Assembly (NCBI GenBank): GCA_021155885.1
Contig: JAJNBB010000001.1
Span: 5,698 to 69,697 of the forward strand
Direction: 5' to 3'
DNA length: 64,000 bases
From: Fibrobacteria bacterium
GTDB lineage: Bacteria; Fibrobacterota; Fibrobacteria; UBA11236
Shown: positions 9,290 through 18,001 of the stretch, one piece after another
How positions within the stretch are numbered: position 1 is the stretch's first letter
How the letters are laid out: each line of letters starts with the position of its first letter
Position numbers and translations under genes: made by a program
Notes under the pieces: model-generated
The model's database searches: none
The model's input: the letters and a program-made list of their open reading frames with translations, nothing else
What the model was told of the DNA's origin: nothing

Positions 9290-10681
9290 GTGAAAAAGAC
9301 ATTGTTCCTCGCCGCCCTTTGCGCGATCACGGCTTCGGCCCAGGAGAACTATTCAACCGCCTGGAGCGGCCATAAGTACGTGATCGTGAACTCCCGGACG
9401 GCGGGCATCGCGGCGGCGGTCGTCAAGTACCCCCTGCTGGTTCGCCTGGACTCCACCCACGCTTCCATTTTCACCCAGGCCAAGTCCGGCGGCGCCGATC
9501 TGCGCTTCACCAAGACCAATAACGTCACGCGCCTCCCCCACCAAATCGAGTCCTGGAACGCCACCGCGCGGACCGCCGCCATTTGGGTGCTGGCGGATAC
9601 CATCCCCGCCAACAGCAATAACCATGCGTTGCGCATGCACTGGGGCAACGCCGCCGCCGCCGACAGTTCCAGCGGCGCAAAGGTGTTCGACACCACGAAC
9701 GCCTTCCAGGCCGTCTGGCACATGTCCGCTTCGGGGGACGAGGCGGACGCCACCTTGAACGCCTTCACCGCCGCGCAAAACGGGACGCCTCCCTCGGCCC
9801 CCGGCGCGGTGGGCGCGGGCCGCACGGTTTCGGCCGGCAACTATTTCCGCGCCACCGGCACCGCCTCCGGAAAACTCAACTTCCCCGAGGGAGGCAATTA
9901 CTCCATCTCGGCATGGGCCTTTACCTCCACGCTTCCGGGCGCCGGGACCCTCGTCTCCAAGCATGATAATGCCTATGCGCTCAAGCTGAACGCGGATGCC
10001 ACGAACTGGGAATTCTTCGAATACGGCACGGACCAGACCGCGGCGGGCTGGAACTGGGTCAATGCCTCCACCGAGGGCGGCCTGAGCGCCTGGACCTACC
10101 TGGTCGGCTTTCGCGCCGGGGCGGATGCCGGGATCTATGTGAACGGCGTGCGCGTGGATGCAGGTCCCTCCACGGCCGCTTCCACGGCGGCCCGGGTGCT
10201 GAACACCGACGTGGTGATCGGCGCGCAGCCCACCTCGAACACCGCCGTGCAGCGTCCGTTTGACGGAATCCTGGACGAAGTGCGCCTGTCCAGCGCCGCG
10301 CGCGACGGGGATTGGATCAAACTGGATTACGAGACGCAGAAGGCGGGTTCGGCCGTCGTTTCTCTGCAGGACGCGATCCCGGCCTCCCTCGGCCGTCCCG
10401 CGAAACCGCGCGCGGCCTTCTCGCCCCGGCCGTCGGGCGACGGGTGGATTTTCGACATCGAAGGAGAAGCCGCCAAGGCGCGCGTGTCCGTGCTCGATGC
10501 GCGCGGTGTCACGGTGCACAGCCGCGTGTCCGCGCTGGGCGGTGGGGCCTTGACCTGGGACGGCGCGACCGCCGCGGGCGTGCGGGCCGCTCCGGGCGTG
10601 TATGCGGTGCGCATCGTCCTGTTGAACGCCCGGGATGAAACGGTGGGCGCGCTCGAGGCGCGGATTCCGGTCACGCGCTAG
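9290..10681 (+). CDS. DUF2341 + LamG/concanavalin-like secreted protein with FlgD-Ig/T9SS-like C-terminal domain
   Basis: GTG at 9290 after caggag. Signal peptide MKKTLFLAALCAITASA. N-terminal YPLLVRLD...DLRF...LPHQIESWN pattern is DUF2341-like. FDGILDEVRLS is a LamG signature. Tail ends ...APGVYAVRIVLL.... Confidence 0.8.
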   Translation: MKKTLFLAALCAITASAQENYSTAWSGHKYVIVNSRTAGIAAAVVKYPLLVRLDSTHASIFTQAKSGGADLRFTKTNNVTRLPHQIESWNATARTAAIWVLADTIPANSNNHALRMHWGNAAAADSSSGAKVFDTTNAFQAVWHMSASGDEADATLNAFTAAQNGTPPSAPGAVGAGRTVSAGNYFRATGTASGKLNFPEGGNYSISAWAFTSTLPGAGTLVSKHDNAYALKLNADATNWEFFEYGTDQTAAGWNWVNASTEGGLSAWTYLVGFRAGADAGIYVNGVRVDAGPSTAASTAARVLNTDVVIGAQPTSNTAVQRPFDGILDEVRLSSAARDGDWIKLDYETQKAGSAVVSLQDAIPASLGRPAKPRAAFSPRPSGDGWIFDIEGEAAKARVSVLDARGVTVHSRVSALGGGALTWDGATAAGVRAAPGVYAVRIVLLNARDETVGALEARIPVTR

Positions 10682-10713
10682 GAGGACGGGGAAAAATTAA
10701 CGGCGAAAGGGTT

Positions 10714-11121
10714 TTAGTTCCCAATCCTCTCCAGGGCGCGGGCATATTCCCCGGGTAGACCGAGCTTGCGAACCGTGGAGACCAACTTTTCCAGGTATTC
10801 CCGGTTGAGCGGGGCCTCGGGCGTCGCTTCCTGGTTATAGCATTGCACGGGGAGTTCCGTGCCATCGGAAGCATGGACGCTTACCTTGAAAGCGCGGTAG
10901 GCCTTCGTTTTAGGTCCTGAATACATGGTATGGAGATCCTCGTCCGAAAGGGAGAGGACCATTCCCCAAACCGATTTTGAGGGGTCGGAGACGACCTTGA
11001 CGGATCCATATAAATCAAGCCGGAACCCTTTTAACTCGGCGATTCGCGGGTTCGCGGGCTTAAGTCCCATCCCCAAGAGCAAGTCGCTATCCATGTAAAG
11101 CCCGTAAAAGAATCCATCCAT
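10714..11121 (-). CDS. gamma-glutamylcyclotransferase (AIG2/GGCT-like) family protein
   Basis: 135 aa; the FYGLYMD...L.GF.L... pattern is GGCT-like. This gene has visibly lower GC than its neighbours. Confidence 0.6.
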   Translation of the reverse strand: MDGFFYGLYMDSDLLLGMGLKPANPRIAELKGFRLDLYGSVKVVSDPSKSVWGMVLSLSDEDLHTMYSGPKTKAYRAFKVSVHASDGTELPVQCYNQEATPEAPLNREYLEKLVSTVRKLGLPGEYARALERIGN

Positions 11122-11170
11122 ATACGCCTCAAATTGAAAATGCGTTTCTACGGACTTGGAGAAGCAAAAT

Positions 11171-11246
11171 TGGTGGAGTTAAGGAGAATCGAACTCCTGA
11201 CCTCCTGCTTGCAAAGCAGGCGCTCTACCAATTGAGCTATAACCCC
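11171..11246 (-). tRNA. tRNA-Ala(UGC)
   Basis: Reverse complement is GGGGTTATAGCTCAATTGGTAGAGCGCCTGCTTTGCAAGCAGGAGGTCAGGAGTTCGATTCTCCTTAACTCCACCA. It has a G3:U70 pair, anticodon loop TT-TGC-AA and encoded CCA. Confidence 0.92.
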
Positions 11247-11286
11247 GGAAGTGTCGATATTCGATGTAAAAAAACCGGTTCGTGGA

Positions 11287-11363
11287 TGGTGGGCCTGGGA
11301 AGACTTGAACTTCCGACCCCCGCCTTATCAGAGCGATGCTCTAACCAACTGAGCTACAGACCC
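11287..11363 (-). tRNA. tRNA-Ile(GAU)
   Basis: Reverse complement is GGGTCTGTAGCTCAGTTGGTTAGAGCATCGCTCTGATAAGGCGGGGGTCGGAAGTTCAAGTCTTCCCAGGCCCACCA. It is near-collinear with E. coli tRNA-Ile(GAU) and has encoded CCA. Confidence 0.92.
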
Positions 11364-11491
11364 GAAGTTCCCCCGGACATTCCCGGAAACCTGGTTCCAT
11401 CCACAAAACCGGCAATTCGGATAAAAAATCCGGAAAACGGAGAGGGGAATATAGGCTTTGGGAGGGGAGGTTGTCAATCCTCCTCCCGTCA

Positions 11492-12460
11492 TCAGGACAA
11501 GGATTCGGGCGGAAAAAGGCATTTCGGGTCCCAACCGAAGGACTCCAGCCGCCCAGCGAGGTCCTCGGGCGAGAAGGCTCGCGCCATGGGACCGCTCGTC
11601 GTCGAGAATTGATGCCGGAAAAAGGTGGTTTGCTTCTTGGCGTATTGCCGGGTGCGCGCGAGAACTTTTTCGACGAGGGCTTCCGAAGGCCTCGACGCAA
11701 GAGCCGGGTCCGCCGCGAGGGCCTCCGCGATCTCACGATACCCCAGGGCGTTGAAGGCCGCGGTGGTCGCGGGATCGTAGGCCCTCAAAAGCCCGCGCAC
11801 CTCGTCGATCCAGCCTTGCGCGAACATCGCGCGCACGCGGGCTTCGATGCGCGCGTGCAGAACGTCGCGCGCCGGATCGAGCCACGCGAAGGGGACGCCG
11901 TCGAACGCGGCGTCGGGTCGCGCGTTTCCGTTTCCGCGCGCATAAGATTTTCCCGTGAACCGCCAGTTCTCCAATCGTTTTTGAAGGCGATAGCGGTCTT
12001 GGGGGGCCACGCCTTCCATGCCGCCGGGATCCAGGGCCGACAGGTCGGCGTGAACGGCGGCGGCTCCGCGCTCCGCGAGCTCGCGCTCCGCCGCCGCTCG
12101 GATCTGCGGGGGCGTTTCGCCCCGATCGTGCGCCGAGGGGAACATCCATTCCTTCAGGTACAGTCCCGTGCCGCCCACCACCAAGAAACGGGACTCCGGT
12201 CGCGACGCAAGCAGGGACGCGGCCTCGGCGCGGAACCTTTGCGGGGAAAACGGTTCGCGCGGGTCCGCGCATCCCACGAGGTGGTGCGGGACCTCGGCCC
12301 GTTCATCTAGCGTGGGCGCGCCGGTTCCGATCGAAAACCCGCGATAGAGCTGGCGGGAGTCGGCCGAGATTATCTCCAGCCCGCGCGCGCGCGCCCAGCG
12401 CAAGGCAAGCGCGGACTTTCCCGAGGCGGTCGGGCCTCCCAGAAGGGCGACGAGGGGCAT
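11492..12460 (-). CDS. miaA: tRNA dimethylallyltransferase
   Basis: N-terminal P-loop LLGGPTASGKSALAL, then ISADSRQLYRG and GGTGLY motifs. About 322 aa. Confidence 0.9.
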   Translation of the reverse strand: MPLVALLGGPTASGKSALALRWARARGLEIISADSRQLYRGFSIGTGAPTLDERAEVPHHLVGCADPREPFSPQRFRAEAASLLASRPESRFLVVGGTGLYLKEWMFPSAHDRGETPPQIRAAAERELAERGAAAVHADLSALDPGGMEGVAPQDRYRLQKRLENWRFTGKSYARGNGNARPDAAFDGVPFAWLDPARDVLHARIEARVRAMFAQGWIDEVRGLLRAYDPATTAAFNALGYREIAEALAADPALASRPSEALVEKVLARTRQYAKKQTTFFRHQFSTTSGPMARAFSPEDLAGRLESFGWDPKCLFPPESLS

Positions 12461-12488
12461 GGACGGGGAAGATACTTTGTCGGCCTTG

Positions 12489-12642
12489 CTTCGTCGTTGA
12501 GGGTTGGTGACAGCTCCCCCGGGCCTCGCCGTGTCGAGGTCTTCGCGGTCGCTCGCCGCGAACGGGCAAGCGAGGCGCGAAATAGGTCAACAAAAGCAAT
12601 GGAGCGTCCAAAGAGGGAAAACCCCAACTCCCAACCCCCAAC
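12489..12642. repeat. heptamer inverted-repeat element E3 (GTTGGGG family)
   Basis: Left arm cttcgtcg + gttgagg gttggtg a (12489-12510). Right arm accccaa ctcccaa cccccaa c (12621-12642). Lies in the divergent miaA/deacetylase intergenic region, and the right arm ends 26 nt before the ATG at 12669. Confidence 0.75.
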
Positions 12643-12668
12643 TTTTCCATTACTAAATTCGCCTTTGC

Positions 12669-13841
12669 ATGAAGCCTTCTTCGCCGTCCCCCAAAAAACG
12701 CCTGCCGCGTCTTCTGTTGCTTGCGCTGCTTGTCGTTCTGCTGGCCGGGGCGGGGTGGTTTTTCGGCAAGGATCTTTTCCGCGCCGGGGATCCGGGTTCC
12801 GCCCTCGCGACAGCCGCGCCGGACAAGGAGGAGGACGCGGCCTGGCGCAAGGCGAACCCCTGGCTCTACACGCGCGCGGAGTACGAGCCTTTTCGCGACG
12901 CGCTGATTCTCCCGCTGGCGCGCGCCGGCGCCCTGGGGCCGCGCAGCGTCAAAAAGCGCGGCGCCCTCGTGGAGGTCAGTTTCCCCGCCGGCCGGCCGAT
13001 ACACGAATACGCTTACGAAGTGGAGTCGCTGTGCGCGCGCGCCGGCCTTGTGGTGGTCGAAGGCCGCGAAACCGGGAACGACCAAGTCGAATACCGCCTC
13101 GCCGACGCGCAGGGCCGTTCCCTGGCGCTGCGCCTGGTGCTGGGCGACAACGCCCTGCCGGGATCGGTGCGCATGGCGCTGGTGATCATCGGCCTGGGGA
13201 ACGCCTCCGAGGAAGACCTCCAGGCCTGGCTGGAATTCGGGGAGGCCGTGACGCTGGTCCTGCCGGATACCTCCGCCTTGCTGGCGCGCTTCAAGGCGCG
13301 GGAACCCGAGTTGCGGCACGACATCTTCGTGGAGTTGCCGATGGAGCCTTCCACCTATCCCTACGTGAAGCCGGGGCCGCGGGCCCTGTTCATCGACCAC
13401 TCCCGCGATCAGGCCGAGGGCATCCTGCGCGGCCGTCTCGAGGCCTATCCCAAGGCGCGCGGCTTCGCCACGACGCATGGCGACCGCGCCATTGAGAACC
13501 CGCAGTTGATGGAAAGCGTGCTGGACTTCATGGCCTCGCGTTCGCTGGTGTTCCTGGACCTGACCGGCTCGCCGCTCAGCCAAACCACGGCGCTCTCCCA
13601 AAAGTCGGGCGCCGAAAGTTTTTCCGCGCGCGCGCAGGTCCCCGGTTCCGAAGGGAATCTCGAGGCCGAGCTCGACCGCCGCGCCGCCCTCGCCCAAAAA
13701 TCCGGCGAGGGAATCTGGGTTCTGCGCCACTCCCCGGGCCTGCCGCGGACGCTCGCCCGCCTTTTCGGCCGCCGCGCCGGGGCCTTCGGGGAACTCGGGT
13801 TGTTGTGGGCGCCGCTGGGCGAACTGCGGCGCGGGAAATAA
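12669..13841 (+). CDS. divergent polysaccharide deacetylase family (YibQ-like) protein
   Basis: N-terminal TM anchor. The C-terminal ~250 aa show the pattern MALVIIGLG...LPMEP..YP...PGPRAL....THGDRA....L, typical of the YibQ/DUF610 family. Confidence 0.7.
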   Translation: MKPSSPSPKKRLPRLLLLALLVVLLAGAGWFFGKDLFRAGDPGSALATAAPDKEEDAAWRKANPWLYTRAEYEPFRDALILPLARAGALGPRSVKKRGALVEVSFPAGRPIHEYAYEVESLCARAGLVVVEGRETGNDQVEYRLADAQGRSLALRLVLGDNALPGSVRMALVIIGLGNASEEDLQAWLEFGEAVTLVLPDTSALLARFKAREPELRHDIFVELPMEPSTYPYVKPGPRALFIDHSRDQAEGILRGRLEAYPKARGFATTHGDRAIENPQLMESVLDFMASRSLVFLDLTGSPLSQTTALSQKSGAESFSARAQVPGSEGNLEAELDRRAALAQKSGEGIWVLRHSPGLPRTLARLFGRRAGAFGELGLLWAPLGELRRGK

Positions 13842-13853
13842 GGAAGGTACGGC

Positions 13854-14570
13854 ATGCCAAAACTCGGCGTCAACATCGATCACGTGGCCACGCTGCGCCA
13901 GGCGCGCCGCGAACTTCGGCCGGATCCCGTCGAGGCGGCGGCCTTGTGCGAACGGGCCGGCGCCGACGGCATCACCGTCCACCTGCGCGAGGACCGGCGG
14001 CACATCCAGGAGCATGACGTGGTGACCTTGCGCCGCACCGTGACCACCCATCTGAACCTCGAGATGGCCGCGACGCCGGCCATGATCGACTTCGCCCTCA
14101 ACCTGCGGCCGGACATGGCCACCTTGGTTCCCGAACGCCGCGAGGAATTGACCACCGAGGGCGGCCTGGACGCGGCGGCGCGCCTCGCGGAGATATCCGG
14201 AGCGGTGCTCGCCTTGCAGGGGCGCGGCATACCCGTTTCCCTTTTCATCGAGCCGGAAATGTCCCAGGTGGAGGCGGCCCTGAAAAGCGGCGCGGCCTTC
14301 GTCGAGTTTCATACCGGAGCCTACGCGCGCGCCTTTCACGCGGGCGCCCCCGACGCCGAGTTCGCGCGCATCGCGACGGCGGCCGTCTACTCCCGCCGGC
14401 AGGGCTTGCAGGTCAACATGGGCCACGGCCTGGACTACGACAACGTCCGGCCCATCGCGGAGCTGGAGGGGGTCTGGGAACTCAATATCGGGCATTCCAT
14501 CATGGCCCGCGCCATCCTGGTCGGCATGGAGCGCGCGGTGGGGGACATGAAGGCCCTGGTGACGGTCTGA
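13854..14570 (+). CDS. pdxJ: pyridoxine 5'-phosphate synthase
   Basis: [18 protein letters not shown]..., HLREDRRHI and EFHTG motifs. 238 aa. Confidence 0.95.
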   Translation: MPKLGVNIDHVATLRQARRELRPDPVEAAALCERAGADGITVHLREDRRHIQEHDVVTLRRTVTTHLNLEMAATPAMIDFALNLRPDMATLVPERREELTTEGGLDAAARLAEISGAVLALQGRGIPVSLFIEPEMSQVEAALKSGAAFVEFHTGAYARAFHAGAPDAEFARIATAAVYSRRQGLQVNMGHGLDYDNVRPIAELEGVWELNIGHSIMARAILVGMERAVGDMKALVTV

Positions 14571-14586
14571 ACCCGCGAGTCTTCAA

Positions 14587-14624
14587 CAAAAAAGCCCCGG
14601 CTCGCGAGAGCCGGGGCTTTTTTG
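14587..14624. terminator. bidirectional rho-independent terminator
   Basis: aaaaaa-gccccggctc-gcga-gagccggggc-tttttt lies between the convergent pdxJ (+) and the 14646..16568 (-) gene. Confidence 0.85.
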
Positions 14625-14645
14625 TGTCGGGATGCGTGCGTGCGC

Positions 14646-16568
14646 TCAGGGTTCCAGCTTGGCCTGCAGCAGGCTCCGCGCGAACCGTTCGGGGACGGTC
14701 ACGATCTCGGCGCGGTCCGCGGCGGCGCGGGTATAGCTCCACACCATGCGGCCCGAGAGGTCGTAAAGCGCCGCCGAGCGATAGCCGACCGGCAAGGTCA
14801 GCAGGCCGCCCGACACGAAGGCCGGCGACAAGGTCCGGCGGAGGGCCGGACGGCCGTCGATGGAGGTGGGACCGGGACCGACCGTGGCGTTGAACGGCGT
14901 ATAACACGACGGATTGATCGTTCCGGTATAGGCGATGCGAAACAGCGCCGCCTGGTTGAAGTTGCTGTACTGGGTGTTGCTGCCGCGCAACAGGTACATG
15001 GCGCCGTCATGCGGGCCGAAGCGCATGTCGATATAGCTGCCGTTCGGCAGGGCACTCAGGTTATTCCCCCCCCACGGGGCCGCCGTCACGCCGACCCCGG
15101 GAGCGCTGCCGCTGTCCAACGTGCCGTTCGGCTTGATGTGGATGATGCGGAAGGAGGACTTGCCGGCGGCCCAGTCGAAGAAGAAGATCTTCCCCTCGTA
15201 CTGCGGGGGGAATTTCACGGCCGAGACGAGCGCCGGGTCGTAGCGGTACATGGGGCCCCCGACGGCGGTCTCGCCGCTGGTGAAGCCCATGCGGTAACTG
15301 TCGTCCCCGTTGTTGCTCGCGTTCGAATAAAAGAGGGTCGCGGGCCGCGCCGGAGGCAGGTTGACGATGCCGTAATTGTTCGGCGAAACGTTCTGGATGG
15401 CGGCGCAGTTATAGGACTCGGTGTCCCAGGTGGTCGACGGCGAGGTAAATTTCTTCCAGGGATCGTTCTTGCCGACGCAATAGGGGTGGCCGTAGAATCC
15501 GGCGTCCGTCGCCAGGTTCCATTCCTCGCGGCCTTCGGGCCCGCGCGTGGCGGACGGGGCCGAGGCGTCCAGCCCGACCTCGCCGGTGAAGATCCAGCCC
15601 GACTTCGTGTCGATGCGCGGGTGGTACGGGTTCCGGTGGCCCATGGTATAGACCTCCTTGCGAACCTTCGAGACGCTGTCGACGGAAGGATTCCAGTTCG
15701 GGTTGAAGGACGGGGTGCCGATCTTTTCCCAGAGGTTGCCCGCGGGCACGGTGTAGGTCGAGTTCAGCCCGGGCTCGGGGGTGCTTGCGTCGGAGAAGGC
15801 AATGGGCCGGATGCGCAGGAGCTTGCCGCGCAGGCTGGCGGAGTTGGAGGAGGACTTCTGCGCATCGCACCCGCGGTCGTTCCACAGGATGGGCGCGAAG
15901 TTATTGTTGTTGCAGTCGCCCGAGTGCGGGCTGGTGTCGTCGCCCGTGCCGATCACGAGGGTGCCGTCGCTCGACATGTCGATGCCGCCTCCCGCATGAA
16001 AGGCGTTGTTGTCGATCATGCGGCCGAAGCGCAGGATGCGCTTGGGATTCTTCAGCTGCTGGCCGGCGGGCGCGGCGGCGTCGTAGGTGTACCGGGTCAG
16101 TATGTGGGCGCGGCCCGTGTCGGCGTTGGCCGGGGAGCTCGGCCAGATGGAGTCCGTGTGGAAAACGTAGACCCACTTCGTCGTCGCGTAGTCGTGCGAG
16201 GTCACGATGCCCAGCAGGCCGTCCTCGTTCGCGCACCTCGTGGGAACGCGGCCCGCGAGCGTGGTCGTGGCCTTCAACCCGCTGGCGGGATCGTAAACGC
16301 GCACCTGGCCGGAGCACATCTTCGCGACGAAAACCTTGCCGTCGGGCGCGACGGCGATCTGCACCACGCCGTAGTTTCCCGACTCGCCGCCGTTGGCGCT
16401 GCTGTTTTCGTAGAGATCGCCGCTGGTATTATAGGCCAGCGTATCGACGCGAAAATCCGCGGCGACCGGGTCGGGGCACGATTGGGCCCGGGCGGAGCCC
16501 GGCAAAAAGGCGGTGATCGCCAGGGCGGCGACGAGACTGGCCTGTAAAAAGTTTTTGATCGTGGACAT
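14646..16568 (-). CDS. secreted glucose/sorbosone dehydrogenase-like beta-propeller protein with C-terminal sorting-like domain
   Basis: Start at the ATG 16568 (MSTIKNFLQASLVAALAITAFLPGSARA) preceded by gagga. GHRNPY motif and repeated propeller-blade patterns. Tail is ...YRSAALYDLSGRMVWSY.... Confidence 0.75.
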   Translation of the reverse strand: MSTIKNFLQASLVAALAITAFLPGSARAQSCPDPVAADFRVDTLAYNTSGDLYENSSANGGESGNYGVVQIAVAPDGKVFVAKMCSGQVRVYDPASGLKATTTLAGRVPTRCANEDGLLGIVTSHDYATTKWVYVFHTDSIWPSSPANADTGRAHILTRYTYDAAAPAGQQLKNPKRILRFGRMIDNNAFHAGGGIDMSSDGTLVIGTGDDTSPHSGDCNNNNFAPILWNDRGCDAQKSSSNSASLRGKLLRIRPIAFSDASTPEPGLNSTYTVPAGNLWEKIGTPSFNPNWNPSVDSVSKVRKEVYTMGHRNPYHPRIDTKSGWIFTGEVGLDASAPSATRGPEGREEWNLATDAGFYGHPYCVGKNDPWKKFTSPSTTWDTESYNCAAIQNVSPNNYGIVNLPPARPATLFYSNASNNGDDSYRMGFTSGETAVGGPMYRYDPALVSAVKFPPQYEGKIFFFDWAAGKSSFRIIHIKPNGTLDSGSAPGVGVTAAPWGGNNLSALPNGSYIDMRFGPHDGAMYLLRGSNTQYSNFNQAALFRIAYTGTINPSCYTPFNATVGPGPTSIDGRPALRRTLSPAFVSGGLLTLPVGYRSAALYDLSGRMVWSYTRAAADRAEIVTVPERFARSLLQAKLEP

Positions 16569-16760
16569 GGGCATCCTCATACGGGAAAGCTTGGACCGGC
16601 AATTGGTCCAAACGGAATGTGTACTTGTATAACCTATACCCGGCCCGTCAAAATTTCCGGGCAAAACAGCATTCTGGACGGAATAGAGGGGAAAACACGG
16701 ATACTTTTGTGGTATTTCCGCAAATACTTGTTCCGGAGCCGCACGCCCCGGTTCCGGATC

Positions 16761-16958
16761 TTAGTCGAGGCTTTTCGAGGCGGCCAGAGCCTGGTCCACT
16801 TCCTCGGAGGTCAGGTAGGGGTAGGTTTCCAGGATATTCTCCCGGCTCCAGCCCGTGGCCAGGAGATTCTGCAGAAGTTCCGCGCTGAGGCGCGTGCCCT
16901 TGATGTGGGGCTTGCCCTGGCAAACGGCGGGATCGGAAACGAGCTGCGAAAAATCCAT
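16761..16958 (-). CDS. DUF433 domain protein (antitoxin-like)
   Basis: 65 aa. CQGKPHIKGTRLSAELLQNLLATGWSRENILETYPYLTSEEV matches the DUF433 pattern (GKP.I.GTR......G.S.E.I...YP.L). Confidence 0.7.
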   Translation of the reverse strand: MDFSQLVSDPAVCQGKPHIKGTRLSAELLQNLLATGWSRENILETYPYLTSEEVDQALAASKSLD

Positions 16959-17002
16959 GATGCGTCCGGAAAACGGGAGCGTAAAACTTAGTTTCCTTTT
17001 TC

Positions 17003-18001
17003 ATGAATCGCTTCTTCGCCCCCGGCGGCGAATTCGCCCTGATCGAACGGATGTTCGCCGCCGACCACTTCGCCCGCGACGGCCGCGGCCTGGGGGACGA
17101 CGCCTTCGTGTGGGATCGGTCCGGCGCCTCCCGGCCCCTGCTCATCACCTCCGACGTCAGCGCCGAGGGCGTGCATTACCGCCTCGACTGGACGTCTCCC
17201 GAGCGGGCGTTGCGCAAGGCCCTGGCCGCCAGCCTTTCGGACATCAACGCCATGGGCGGCCGGAGCCGCAAGGCGTTTTTCAATTTGGGGGCGCGCCGAA
17301 ACTGGTCCGACCCGGTCTATGACGCTCTCGGCGCCGCGCTGCGCGCGATGGAGGAGGCCTTCGGCTTCTCCGTCGCGGGCGGGGACACGGTGAAGCTTCC
17401 CGACTCGAGTTTTTTCAGCTTCGCCGTGGCGGGTGAGGTCGAGGGACGTCCGCTGCTGCGGAGCGCCTGCCGTCCGGGCCACCGGGTCTACGTCAGCGGC
17501 GCGTTGGGCGGCTCCGCCGCGGGGCTCTACCTCCTGAAGACGCGGGACGTCCTCGCCCGGGCGGGGGCCGAGGAGCATCCCCTCGTGCGGGCCCACCTCG
17601 ACCCCCGCCCCCCGCTCGAACTGGGTCCCCTGCTGGCCGCGCTCGGGGGCGACGGCCGGGAGATCGCGGCCATCGACATCAGCGACGGCCTGTCCTCCGA
17701 ACTCGCCCACCTCGCGCGGCAGTCGGGATGCGCCTTGCGCGTCGACGCGGACCGGCTTCCGGCGCATCCCGCTTTGGCGGGCGCCTTCGCCGCCGGCTTC
17801 CCGGTTCGCGACTACCTCCTGCATGGCGGCGAGGAGTATCAACTTCTGTTCACGGGAAACTTCGACGAGGCGGAGCTCGCGCGCCTGAACGCCGTGGCCC
17901 CCGTCACCGAAATCGGAATCGTGGAAGCGGGAGAGGGAGTGATGTTGCGAGAGGGCGGAGAGGACAGGGCGTTGGAAGCGAAGGGGTATTCACACGGGTA
18001 G
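17003..18001 (+). CDS. thiL: thiamine-monophosphate kinase
   Basis: GEFALIERMF...GLGDDAFV...SDVSAEGVHYRLDW, an AIR-synthase-related fold pattern typical of ThiL. 332 aa. Confidence 0.85.
   Translation: MNRFFAPGGEFALIERMFAADHFARDGRGLGDDAFVWDRSGASRPLLITSDVSAEGVHYRLDWTSPERALRKALAASLSDINAMGGRSRKAFFNLGARRNWSDPVYDALGAALRAMEEAFGFSVAGGDTVKLPDSSFFSFAVAGEVEGRPLLRSACRPGHRVYVSGALGGSAAGLYLLKTRDVLARAGAEEHPLVRAHLDPRPPLELGPLLAALGGDGREIAAIDISDGLSSELAHLARQSGCALRVDADRLPAHPALAGAFAAGFPVRDYLLHGGEEYQLLFTGNFDEAELARLNAVAPVTEIGIVEAGEGVMLREGGEDRALEAKGYSHG

Noticed and set aside
11122-11491. An rRNA operon around the tRNA-Ile/tRNA-Ala pair.
   Set aside because: The flanks are a GGCT-like CDS and miaA. I saw no sequence resembling the conserved 16S 3' end (…GGATCACCTCCTT) or the 23S 5' region.
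12303-14495. Very long ORFs on the opposite strand or in alternate frames. Examples: 12303..14495(-) 730 aa, 33586..36324(+) 912 aa, 42526..45171(-) 881 aa, 14622..16547(+) 641 aa, 5803..7290(-) 495 aa and 19200..20858(-) 552 aa.
   Set aside because: These are typical high-GC shadow ORFs. They are Arg/Ala/Gly/Pro/His-rich low-complexity translations with no recognisable motifs, and each fully overlaps a gene with strong family signatures (pdxJ, aconitase, sdhA, propeller, pgi, MFS).
16569-16760. Toxin partner gene (DUF5615/PIN-like) downstream of the DUF433 gene.
   Set aside because: My hand translations of the minus-strand frames gave no PIN/DUF5615-like sequence, and the space is too short for an intact partner. 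It is only noted as a possible decayed remnant.
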